DNA of 61,051 nt, the filler included, from Hausera hauseri (Eukaryota), in NCBI GenBank assembly GCA_046269625.1. It is 12 parts of 12 records of this genome, joined end to end, with 100 filler letters (N's around TTAATTAATTAA, not from the genome) between each part and the next. Parts side by side here need not be neighbours in the genome. Positions count along the whole stretch, not along the records: positions 10,560 to 15,121 come from JBJURY010526679.1; positions 15,222 to 19,190 come from JBJURY010850080.1; positions 19,291 to 23,619 come from JBJURY010632996.1; 9 more parts are not named here. One strand, given 5' to 3'. Positions 11,936 to 23,220 of the stretch are shown piece by piece. The notes under the pieces are model-generated. The model had not been told where the DNA came from, made no database searches, and was given only the letters and a program-made list of their open reading frames with translations. A program made the position numbers and the translations under genes. The number at the start of each line of letters is the position of its first letter. Position 1 is the first letter of the stretch.

Positions 11936-13810
11936 AAATATGGGTCTTGCTCGTCGTTTGTAATTATAATAGCCGACATGGCGTTCAACGTCATTTTTCC
12001 ATCGATTTTCTTCATAAGCTTTAAGCATTTTGCCGAATGGGGTGATCATTGCGGTTAAAATCTTGCAAGAAAATCCTGTTAAGGTGAATATTTCGTACCA
12101 ATTTATAATTGCTTGGATTACCGCCTTTACTAGTTGTATTAAGAAATAGATTGCTAAAAATCCAGATGCAGCTTGTCCAAAATTTAAAAATCTTCCCCAT
12201 ATTTTGTAGAGTATTTCTGTGGTTATCCGTTGGTAACGGTTCGTACCAAGTAAGGATTCCCATTTAGCCTGGTAGCGGGTATCAACTACTACTGATGCCA
12301 TAGCTCGGTTTAATTCGTGTGTTCGTTGCCGTGGAAAAGCGAGAAATTGTCGAAAATCTTCGATCTCTTTTGGTCTGTAAATGCCTTTTTGAGATGTATC
12401 CTGGAACTTGACGTCGGTAATTCATTTTGCTAAATTAGTTCCAGTTAGTTTTTTAGGGATAATAGCGACACCTCCATTCGGTAAGCTAACCCAATCTGTT
12501 TCGCTACGTCTGAACATTGGTTCCCCAAACTTGCCTTACAATCCTTCAAAATGGTTAGTTGTGTCGCATTATCGAGCAACACTCTAGTGAGAGGCATGGC
12601 TAGACGTGGAGTATTCTGGTAGATTACAGGAAGCTCTGGTATGCATCGTTTTTCTTCAACGTTAATTGGTACATCTCTTTTCTCGCATTCATATGTCAGT
12701 AAAACGTCGCCAGTAACCCGACCAAAATTTCCTTCTCTCATGAGAATAATCGGTGAGGCTAACTCCGGATTCGCATAAACAAGAGCTAATTTTGTTCTCA
12801 TAATTTGCGTATCTAACTTGTAGTCATTAACTATCATTTTGTAGTACAGTTCGGCTATTCCGACTTGTCCTTTATAATAAAAATAATCGTCTCGGTTTTT
12901 CAGATAGTCTTCGATTCGAAAGTCTTGCGTTTCTAAATTGTATGTTATCGCGTTTATCTCCGTTTCTGCGACGAAAAACGCTTCGTAGTTAGTGGTAAAC
13001 ATTACTACTTCGCAGCGTGAAATCAATTCCTTTTTTATGAATTTCAGTCCATGTTGATCAGAGATTAATATCGTAGGTGCATCATGCTCTGATACGTCTT
13101 CACGTGCTCTTGAACTGATGTCGGATTTATCTACGTATCGTTTCCCAGTAGTTTCATTGAATTTCAGTTCTTTAATCTTAATAAAAGTACAGGCTTTTCC
13201 GGCGGGCGGTCCCCATATGATGACAAAAATTCTGAAAGCGCAAGTTCCGTCTTGCATGTGACATTTTTGATTCTCAGTATAGAACTTAGTGACGCTATGG
13301 AACATTACTTTTTGAACTCGCATTTCTGATTCGTAAAAGTCTACTACCACTACGTTTGCCTTCAGCCCTTTTCCGGTATCGTATTCCGTTCCACTACAGT
13401 GCCCGTTATGCATATGCTCTGATTATTTTTCCGGGCTGCATTTCTAATTCCATGCTATCCCATTTCAGTATTCCGGTTTCTCGGGCTTTTTTGCAATGTT
13501 GTCTTTCCAAATTCATTGGAATTGAAGGGGTTGTTGGTTTAATTATCGAGGAGTGTCCGTGCATTAACCCACAATGAAAAATACTACGAGATCGTCTCAG
13601 CATACATTCCATGCCATCCAAAGATATAAACTCTTGTTGTTGGTATAGAAAATAGTTCTACTCCTTAGTTTCCAATTTATGTGGTCTGGCATCTTCACAT
13701 GCTTCTAAGTAAATTAATGAGTATTTTTGGCCCAGCTTAAATCTATCGCAATCGTAGACAGTGACAGCACCCATCTGTTTTATTAACATCATTATGGTGG
13801 GCAAACTGAT
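11933..13810 (-). pseudogene. env: Chuvirus-like (class III fusion) envelope glycoprotein
   Basis: Cysteine and motif pattern of chuvirus G: xxYDC, SLxxLEAC, C...IFHCG.HGHSS, GHCSGTEY, GRVTGDVLLTYEC, CIPELPV, PLTRVL, GIY...FLAFP, then C-terminal hydrophobic segments. One internal stop and frameshifts. Confidence 0.8.
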
Positions 13811-15121
13811 TAACCAATTAGATTCATTCTTCCGGTTGATGTTATCCGTTGTCGTCAAGTTCCGTATGATGTCTCCGAGCCCATTATTATTGTTCCTTTT
13901 GTCTTCTTCTTTGTGAAACAATTTTAGCCAATTTACTTCAAACGGAAGTTTTCTAGACGCTTTTCGTGCCAAACTCGTAGCTCGATTTAGTTCATTTTCT
14001 CGATTTGGATTTGTCTTAATTTCCAAGTACAATAATATTTTTCTCAGCTCTTCTATCGTATTTCCCACCATGATCTTCTCGACTATTGCGTCGTCAGTTA
14101 GGCTACTTTTTGACAGTTTGAAACGCAAACTTTTCATTGTTTTAGCTGCGTTAAATATTGCCTTTTCTTTGTCATTTAATGTATCTCCGCGGAGACTTGA
14201 ATAATTTACAATACGTATTAAATTCTTTATTAACTCGCTTAATTCCTCGTTATCCGCTTTAAAAGTGGAAATCGACATCTGTCTTAACTCTCTAATCAGT
14301 TCTCCGTTATAGTCGATTTCTTCTCGAGGCTTCCTTGGCCTGCGACTGGACGTTTTGGTCTTGGAACATTAGTTGGTATTCCACTTAGTGGTACTAGATT
14401 CTTGTCGTATTGTTCTTTGTCTTCATCCGTCTGTAAATACTCGAAATGCATCGCCGAATCTCGTACTGCCATGATTTGTCCTACGCATTGTTCCGTTTTA
14501 GCATTCCGCGGGCTTCTTTTGTCTGTTCGTTGGCTATTATTACTACTATCCGATTTGTTTCGCCGGGGATGATTCCGACGTCTATTAACTGTTCTAGATC
14601 ATCGAGTATTCTTCCTCTAAAGTAAAATCTATAATTTAGCTCATTTGTTCAGCCATTGTTCAGTAATCATTCTCTTACGTCCTTTACATAGGAATGTGTA
14701 GCTAATTAACATTCTTTTTCTTACATCCATTCGGATAATATCATTATCTTTATCACTAACTCAGGTTTATCTTTTAAGATTTTCGCATACTTCTTTATTA
14801 AAAGTTTCGGCACTGTGTTGTAAATTATGTTTTCACTGGATAATTTAGTTAAGGTTGGAATGAGTTGCCTGAGCTTATTTTCAGTCATGTTTACATTATT
14901 TGATTCCATCAAGTCCCTTTCAGTTAACTCTGAGTCTAGGAGCATCTCCACATTGAATTTCCTGTTCTGCGGATACATTTGTATTTCATCTAAGTGTACT
15001 GGAGTTACCGGATTTTCGGCCGTTATTTCTTCTAAATAAGCATTCCATTCTGGTTCATTCCCAATATCTGGGAGTCCGTAATCTACAAGAGCTATGTTCG
15101 TTCTTTTCACATTTTCTCGAA
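13811..15121 (-). pseudogene. Degenerate copy of the large pre-env ORF (ubiquitin-like domain, AT-hook remnant)
   Basis: Collinear with 40080-41370 (LRQLIPTLTKLSSEN, YRFYFRGRILDDLEQLIDVGIIP). ORF 13658-14278 reads continuously into the glycoprotein signal sequence. Confidence 0.85.
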
Positions 15122-15446
15122 NNNNNNNNNNNNNNNNNNNNNNNNNNNNNNNNNNNNNNNNNNNNTTAATTAATTAANNNNNNNNNNNNNNNNNNNNNNN
15201 NNNNNNNNNNNNNNNNNNNNNGTTGAAAGAAGTTGTCCTAAAAGAAAAGGAGATATTCGATGACACCACCCATGTGGCAAAAAATCCGATTATCCACCAT
15301 ATTTTACCGATGATGAATACGATATAGCCTCGTTGCTGCATGAAAATCACATATGAACTGGGTTCAAATGAAATAATTGAATATATCTGCAACTGTCTCA
15401 CCAATGACACGAAAATAGAAAATTGGCAAGAATGATGATTTAATCA

Positions 15447-15710
15447 GCTTTTCACATGAGTCGAAAGCCCATCAGCATTGTTAAATCCGTTTTACATAAA
15501 ACTTGCCCTAGCCATCCGAATTTTAATCATAATCAATGGTGTAATTGGAACCATTTGATGGTCCGGATTGGAGTCAATAAACTCGGTAGATTAGAATATG
15601 CATATCTGCTTTCGTATGCTATATTTATGTTTGTCAACGGTCATTTAACGGAACGGATCAATTTGCGATTGTACTTGGAATTTGGAATGATTGCAAGTGG
15701 TTTTATGTTA
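15447..15710 (+). pseudogene. SLC37A2: Fragment of a sugar-phosphate exchanger (SLC37A family)
   Basis: HMSRKPISIVKSVLH...YAYLLSYAIFMFVNGHLTERINLRLYLEFGMIASG matches the SLC37A N-terminal half; intronless and truncated. Paralog assignment uncertain. Confidence 0.75.
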
Positions 15711-16405
15711 TCAATGAATATTTTCAGTTTTATAAATCAAACGGAAAATTTTACGACTAACAGAAAACGATGCAAAAAAATGTTTTCCTTCGTGTGTAAA
15801 AGTGAATGAGTGCATGATCCAGTGTACGGCCGACTAACCCGACCTTGTGACTAAAGAGAATAGTATCGTAACGTTTTTCTTTAAATATTGTGATTTTAAT
15901 ACGCTTTTTCTTTGTAAACACGATAAAATATATAAATAACGATCTTGGACATTTTGATTTTAGCCATATTGTTTTTCGTTAACGTTATTCTCAGATATTT
16001 TGATTTTCTGCTAATTCATTTATTTTAATATACAATTTTCATTTTATTCCCACATTAGCCATTTGGGATTTTATTTGGAATTCAAGAGTTGGAATTTGTT
16101 TTATTTCAGTGACATATTTGCTGCTGCCGTTCACTTTTTCTGAGTCATTTAGTGGAACCGTTGCCTTTGGTTGAGTTCATACCAGAGTTGATTTTGTCAG
16201 ATTGGCTTATTTCGATTAGTGTCTGTTCGTGCAAACAGGCATTAATTGTTGAATTACAAATTTGGGGTCAGAACAAAAGATATGTTAAATGAATTTGAAA
16301 AAGAGCATTCTTTTCTGGATAAATTTGTTGCTCAGTACGGATCTCATTTAGACTTAACAAAATGCTGCACCAATGCTATTACGGCATCAGTGAATTCGTC
16401 GTTTA

Positions 16406-17893
16406 TTGCTGAAATGCCTAAATCTCTCCGACGAAACTGATTTTTCTCCGACCGATTTATACAGAGATTTGGATCCTAATATTACCGAATACAACGAACT
16501 ATCAGAAATATCATTGAATACTTATTTTCGTAAAAAATGGGTAAAGTTTGTTGACTCTGTTTTATATACATGTACAAATAACTCGTTACGAGTGGAATTA
16601 TTTAACAGTTATAATACTTTTGGAATTACATTTCAAAGGATGAATGACCTTTATCCGAATGCCTTTAAGAATTTAACTCGTAATCCAATAATTATAATTT
16701 TATTGGACGGTCGAAAACAAATGATGGTTTATAATAAAACAACAAAATTAAGTTCATTATTAGAAGCAACATGTGACTTGTGTTACATCGAACGGGATGA
16801 TTTGTTTGGCTTTTCCATTTTAGCAGATGATTATTATGCATTTTTGGATTTGGACAATAAGATCCTTAAAATTAATTTTAAAGAATTCAATCGTCGAGCT
16901 CAATACAATATTTTATTTAAGCCTAGACAAATATATACATCGCCTGTTCATCGGGATTTCGTTGCTGTCATTGTGAATTGTATTAATTCTAATTTAGAAA
17001 CACTGTTGGGTGCATTCTCCAAGGAACTGCCTGGAAATAAACTGTTGAAACGAAACTTATTTCTCCGCTGCCATCATGCTTCTTTTGCATTGGAAATGAT
17101 GTTCAATTTCTGTGACACGGAACATTCGTTGCACTGCATTGTTACAATATTGCGTAATTTGCAGATCGTGCAACTTGTTGAGAAAATATCATTGGAAATT
17201 ATGACTAGTGATGATAATTCGCTTGCCAGTATCAATCCATACACTGTGGATTCAATCGCTGCGAACGTCTGTGAATCAGATTCAGGATTAATTGCCAGTA
17301 CCAGAGTTACAGTTTCAATGGTACGTTTTCTGTTATTGATTCACATGAAATATCAAAATGATTTCCCGCGTAATGGTGAATTAATAGGCCGAATTGAATT
17401 ACTTGTACCACTTCTTGCTGCCTGTATTACTCATGACGGAGGAGCTAAAATAGTTGATATGGCCCTAACGCTTACGACCGCTTTCATCAAATCGGATAGT
17501 CCGTTGTATACACAACTGTTCCATTGCATCACTATCAACTCACAACTGTTACGGAAAGACAGTATCGGTCCTTGTCACAACTCATCATACACACCAAGCC
17601 ACGCAGACGGTATGATTGCATCTTGCTACACAAATAAAGTTATAAGAATCGTTGAATCATGCATGATTAACAGAAATTATAGCTTTTCACCGATGGACGC
17701 TTTTGTTACAATGCGAGATCATATTACCAACTTGAGGGACCAAAAGGTAAACGTAAAAAACAAATATGGCGATCTAATCAAAAGTTACCGGATGCAAAAC
17801 AGTCGAGCTGAATCGAAATTTGACATGTTGAATGACAATACCGTTAAAGCGCAGATCGTTAATGACACTGCCACCGATCGCCAATTTTTTTAA
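16406..17893 (+). CDS. 495-aa probably chimeric ORF containing a FERM F1-lobe fragment (~16688-16945)
   Basis: ILLDGRK...LLEATCDLCYIERDDLFGFSILADDYYAFLDLDNKI resembles a FERM N-terminal lobe; the rest is unassigned. Confidence 0.45.
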   Translation: MLKCLNLSDETDFSPTDLYRDLDPNITEYNELSEISLNTYFRKKWVKFVDSVLYTCTNNSLRVELFNSYNTFGITFQRMNDLYPNAFKNLTRNPIIIILLDGRKQMMVYNKTTKLSSLLEATCDLCYIERDDLFGFSILADDYYAFLDLDNKILKINFKEFNRRAQYNILFKPRQIYTSPVHRDFVAVIVNCINSNLETLLGAFSKELPGNKLLKRNLFLRCHHASFALEMMFNFCDTEHSLHCIVTILRNLQIVQLVEKISLEIMTSDDNSLASINPYTVDSIAANVCESDSGLIASTRVTVSMVRFLLLIHMKYQNDFPRNGELIGRIELLVPLLAACITHDGGAKIVDMALTLTTAFIKSDSPLYTQLFHCITINSQLLRKDSIGPCHNSSYTPSHADGMIASCYTNKVIRIVESCMINRNYSFSPMDAFVTMRDHITNLRDQKVNVKNKYGDLIKSYRMQNSRAESKFDMLNDNTVKAQIVNDTATDRQFF

Positions 17894-18174
17894 ATCGTGT
17901 CCCCTGTTGAAACAAATATCTATTTTACAAATTAACTATTTATTTGGTCATCATACAAATGGCGGAAACCTTGTGTACTATTACGCTGTAAAATGAACAG
18001 CACAGGTTCTTTCTTGTTTGCATCAGAAACGTTTTAGAACCGCCTGGAAAAACACTCCACTCCACCGTTAAAAGCAGTATCTTATCCAACAAGCACTTTG
18101 ACAATCACTTATGCCTCGGTTAAACCCCATTCAACTGATGTACCAACGAATAATTCCCCATCATCTGAGTCAAA

Positions 18175-18345
18175 CAAATACTCTGTTGTTATTAAGGAGG
18201 CAGCTTGCAATATTCTATCGACTTTGTGGTATTCGGATTTGGATAGTGAGAAGAATCTTCAGGCTCTTTTAATGCCATGCAATTTATTCAACCAGAAGTT
18301 CATGAATGTGCCTTAAATTGTTTGCAAGAGTTCTTAAAGACAACC
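18175..18345 (+). pseudogene. Possible TRRAP/Tra1 HEAT-repeat fragment
   Basis: IKEAACNILSTLWY...EKNLQAL / QPEVHECALNCLQEFL; frameshifted, weak recognition. Confidence 0.3.
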
Positions 18346-18689
18346 TCATTTAACCAGGAAGCTGAAGACCTAAGGGGTAAATCCGCTAACAGTCGACAAT
18401 TAAAGCGGTCAAATGCTGTCCTAAATTTAACGCCCAGCAGTAAAAACAATAATGGTGCTGCTGTTACAGCCAATAAGTTCAAATATGTCGATTATTACGA
18501 ATCCAAATATAGCGAATGTAAGTCGATTGATGACATACTTATATTTTCCGTAAATAGTTCTAAATTTCCAATACCCAACAATAACAGATCCCGTGTGAGA
18601 TTTAGTACACAGATTATCCACATATCTTACACACACCTATCTAGCAGTGCATCGCTATCCATTGAAATTTACATGTGCTATGCATAACC

Positions 18690-18890
18690 AATTTCCAACT
18701 AACTCGTCGCATGAGGAATTTTCCTTGTTCAAAAGCATACGGAAATGCTACGAACTGGAACAATTTAAAAACGATTTAAAATTTACAAAGAAAATTTTAT
18801 CAAATCTAAAATCCTCCGAGCATGGTGAAACGTTATCATTGAAGGGACTTACACTAAGTCGTATGGGTAAACGAGACGAAGCTACGAAAT
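18690..18890 (+). pseudogene. NAA15: N-terminal fragment of the NatA auxiliary subunit NAA15/16
   Basis: LFKSIRKCYELEQFKNDLKFTKKILSNLKSSEHGETLSLKGLTLSRMGKRDEA matches the NAA15 N-terminus; truncated. Confidence 0.85.
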
Positions 18891-19290
18891 GCTATCCGAC
18901 AACATCGAAAAGGGATGAATACAGCATCCCAATATCACGTAACGCGAGCGAAAACTCGGGCAGCATGTATTTTGGTGCCCGCCCCGCCGGAGTGGAGATC
19001 CCGGCGGCCAACTCTGCGCCGGTCAGTCGTGGGGCACCCCCGATGTCGTCCCCAGATCATGCCCCCAGACACACCACTACTTTCCCATTTCCTTCTTTTT
19101 TATAATAATACACATATACGGCCCACACAAAACGCATACACATTCCCACCTTTCAAACCCACCTTTCCTCTATTCTTGGCTCATCTGATTNNNNNNNNNN
19201 NNNNNNNNNNNNNNNNNNNNNNNNNNNNNNNNNNTTAATTAATTAANNNNNNNNNNNNNNNNNNNNNNNNNNNNNNNNNNNNNNNNNNNN

Positions 19291-21650
19291 GAACAAAATT
19301 ATATTACAAAATTTTTGGAAAATGATTTCAGACAACTTATACATGAAGCAAAAAAATAGTGAAAAAAAACAGTGGTTGGACATTTTCGGTGATTAAAAAT
19401 TTAATTATTCGGGTACGTGAATATTATCCATGGAGAAGAAGTTTTGCATTAAACTTCCTCACTGAAATGAAAATAAAAAGGTGTGCATTAATATTAAGAA
19501 TAATGATCAATTTTGTTTCAAATATGCAATTTTATCAAAATTTATAAACATACATGCGGAAAGGGAGGAATTATACGGAGACCTTCTGCATGACTATGAT
19601 TTCTCATGTATCAGCTATCCGCCATAGTTTCATGATATTGAGAAATTTGCGAAAATCAATTTAGTTTCAATAAATATATTGACGATTGACGATTCACAGA
19701 AAATTTATCCACTGAAAATGTGAATGTGAGAAAACAGATCAAGGGAACTTGCTTCTGTTAAATGAAGGGGAAAATAATTATTATGTATGGTTCAAAAGCC
19801 TTTCACAATTGGTCTCCAAACAAATCTCAAACCGCAGAGGAAATATTGAAGTGTGCAAAAGATACTTGACACATTTCCATGATGACGTAGATCAAGTAAA
19901 AATAAATGAAGACAAACTGTATCGCAGCGAAAAGGAGTGCTTACGAGTCGATGTCCCAAAGGAGAATTATATAATGTTTAAGGAGTATGAAAAATGCTCA
20001 GAGCACCAATAATCATTTATTGTGAATTTGAAGCAATATTGCATTCCATATAGGGATGTTATAAAAATACTCAACAATTTCAGACAAAAGCTTTTCAATT
20101 GCATGAAATATCATCATTTTGTATGTATGCAAAAGGATTTGACAAAAGCCCCTTTTGTACAGAAGTCCCGGAGTGGAATTTTTATTCTTAAAGCGATTGG
20201 AGAATATCTCAAATTTAGTTCAAAATATGAGATCACAAAGCATGGTTATTTCTGTGGCTGAAGAAACTGAATAGGAAATGCTATAAATTGTTATTTATGC
20301 AACAACAGCTTTACTTTAGAAAATTACAGTCAAAGATCATTGCCGTATTACGGGCTATTTCAGAGAGCTCGCATGCAACTCATGTAATTTACCATGTCAA
20401 ACAATGAGATTTAGTCCTGTTGTTTTTCACAATTTTAGTGAGCACGATTCCCACTTCCTTATTAGAGAGTTAGGTGAAGCAGTTGCAAAGATTGATGTTA
20501 TCCCTTATACTGAAGAGAAATATATATAACTAACAAAATATATCGGGAAAATATGTTTCAGATTTATTGATAGCTTCAAATTTATGAGTGTCACTTGATC
20601 GTTTAGTCAAAAACCTCCCACCGGATGATTTAAAAGAAGCAAGAAAACTTTTCCCTGTAGAACTTTTTGACTTAGTAAACTGTAAAGGGGTTTTCCTATA
20701 TGATTACATTACATCATGGGATAAACTAGACGAAAACTGTACATCGAGAAAGAGGAATTTTACAGCTCACTGTCAAATTCGGGTATTAGTGATGATAATT
20801 GCAATCATGCTCAGAATGTATGTCGAGCTTTCGATTGTAACACAATTAGTGACTACAGCGATATATCTTAAAACTGATGCTTTACTTTTCGCCGACATAT
20901 TTGAGAGCTCTAGGGATGTTACCATACAGAATCACAAACTAGACCCCGCACATGTCTTTACTGCTCCAGAAATGTCGTGATTAGCAATGTTCAGTTATAC
21001 TAGAGTGAAATTGCAGATATTCAAGGACTACGATGTGATATTGGTACTTAAAAGGGGAATGCGTGGGAGAATTTTTAGATAGTCCATCGGCATGAAGAGG
21101 TAACTAATACTTATGTTAAATCATGATGAAAGTAATCCATATATCTCGATGGTAACAACTTGTACGGTTGGACAATGAGTCTCAGCGTCAAATACGATAA
21201 TTTTAAATGGATAGATCATCCGGATAGTATAGAGCATTACTTATGACACGTAAACAGGATATATCTTTGAAGTAGATATTAACTAAGATTGGCTTCAACA
21301 TGCAGAATATTATCAGTTGCCTATCCTACCAGAATAAATAAAATAATCTGGTGGGAAGTTCAAAAAAATATTAATCCACTTGTGTGATAGCGAACGATGA
21401 GTAGTGCATTATATAAATTTGCAGCATGCTATCCGGAATGGTCTTCTTGTTACCAAGGTACATAGGACTTTACAGTTTAGTCAATCGAAATGGTTTCAAC
21501 CTTATATTCAATCCAACACACATCCTCGAGCAAAAGCGACAATCAATTTCGAAAAAGATCAATTCAAATTGTACAGCAACTCGGTTTTTGGAAAAACTGT
21601 GGAGAATATAAGAAATAGGCTGTAAATTGAGTTGGTCAACGAGTGGGCTA
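19291..21650 (+). pseudogene. Polinton/Maverick (adintovirus-like) protein-primed DNA polymerase B, degenerate
   Basis: SGW, NNDQFCFKYA, CYLC...DHC, FHNFSEHDSHF, FIDSFKFM, KGVFLYDY, YLKTD, LDPAH, DGNNLYG, KLYSNSVFGKTVENIRNR. Confidence 0.88.
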
Positions 21651-21760
21651 TATGGTGCCCACAACGGCCAATGCCCTTTGGCCCATTTGGTCGCGCACAG
21701 CCGGGCGTTCCTTGCCGCCACGTCTGGCTCATAATCGGGCCCGATCTTCCGCCTCATGAG
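21651..21760 (+). repeat. LTR 5' segment homologous to the LTR at 31065-31176
   Basis: TATGGTGCCC...TGCCCTTTGGCCCATTTGGT...CATAATCGGGCCC aligns with the reverse complement of 31085-31176 and interrupts the polB remnant. Confidence 0.65.
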
Positions 21761-21959
21761 TCTAATGAAAAAAGACCTCTACCACTTTATAATACTGAAA
21801 ATGGAAGTATATGACAATGACCACAACACCGATTTTGTACCGGAAACAGAATCTGACAATGATGATTCCAGAAATAAGAGAGAGCGATTATGAATGCACT
21901 TCAAAATGTTTGAAGTTGTAAAAGCAATCGAAAAAATCGTCTACAGCAAGAAAAGATTG

Positions 21960-22400
21960 TTTATCAAGACACGGATCATAGCTTGTCATCATATTATATG
22001 TCTACATCACATAATTCGTATCTTACCGGTGATCAACTAGCAAGTAAATCGTCATGTGAAGCCTACTTTAGATGCATTGAAATGGGTTGCCGTTGCGTTG
22101 AATTGGGCTGCTGGAGCGGTGAACGAGAACCTACTATCTACCATGGCAATACACTGACGTCAAAAATTCAACTAATTGATGCACTGAAGGTCATCAATAA
22201 TTTTTCGTAATATATATTCGACTACCCAATAATTCGCTCCTTTGAAGATCATAGCAATATTCAACAACAGAATATAGTTTCTCACGTGGTACAAGAAACA
22301 TTCAAATATGACTTATTAAAGACTCCTATAAAGTGTGATAAAAACTGCCTTCCATCTCCAAATCAATTGAAAAATAAGATAATCCTGAAGCATAAGAAAA
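21960..22400 (+). pseudogene. Phosphoinositide phospholipase C X-domain fragment (PLC-gamma-like)
   Basis: YYMSTSHNSYLTGDQL, GCRCVELGCW, IYHGNTLTSKI, LPSPNQLKNKIILKHKK; intronless with an internal stop. Confidence 0.88.
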
Positions 22401-22899
22401 TACCAATCGATACTCAGAATACTTCGGTAGTAATGAATCTAGTGAACAGTGTACAGATAACGAAATGTCGGATTTTTACTGTCCAGTTTTGGAATATACT
22501 ACTGGATTTCTAAAAATTGAGTAATAGTTCTCAAATTCTACGCCAAAAAATTTGATCGATCAAACACTTGGCGAACTCGCTGTTTTATTATTCAACGCAG
22601 TATTGAAGAACACGAAATCCATTCCAAAGTTGTTGAAAATTTCATTTGTATATTGCGAAATCTGAGTCTGGCAAAATTCACCTTTCCGATAGAATTCAAC
22701 AGAGACGAAATTCGGCAAGTAAGTTCCGAACATCAGAAGAGAGATTAAGGAAAACACGCATATAAACACAAGATGCAGAAACCAGTCGAACCTTTACAAA
22801 AAATCATCTTTTACTGCACCGTGTCGAACTAATGTGTGTCTTGGAAAATACTAAACCATCCCATCAACATTTTTTGCAGCATCATTGAGAAACTGGAGA

Positions 22900-23220
22900 T
22901 AACCCTTGAGGAAAATGACAATAAAAAATCATTGACCTATTAAAACAATTTTGACAAAAACTGAGATGCACGACTTTCAACTGAAGCGTTTATCGCATCC
23001 GCCATATTATCCTGGCCTCATCCTGTCGGATGTCTACTTCTTTTCTTTAATTCAAGCAAAACTTCGAACGAGCGGTGATTCTGTACAACTTGAAGATCTC
23101 ATATCTAATCGAAGAAATTGTCGAGCTATACAATTTTTGTGGAAGTTATTTTGAAACAAATTTACACCAATTTTGCAGATTACATTATCGTTGTAATGGA
23201 CAGTTTCGGATTGCCACAAT
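22900..23220 (+). mobile_element. mariner transposase remnant
   Basis: LSHPPYYPGLILSDVYFF resembles the HPPYSPDLAPSDYHLF motif. Confidence 0.6.

Noticed and set aside
11933-13810. Endogenised whole chuvirus genome
   Set aside because: No nucleoprotein or L polymerase nearby; the glycoprotein is in frame with retroelement domains.
5343-15121. C2 and C3 as one physically continuous element
   Set aside because: They are separated by a linker and both contain the protease region with clear divergence, so they are different copies. Only a composite model is claimed.
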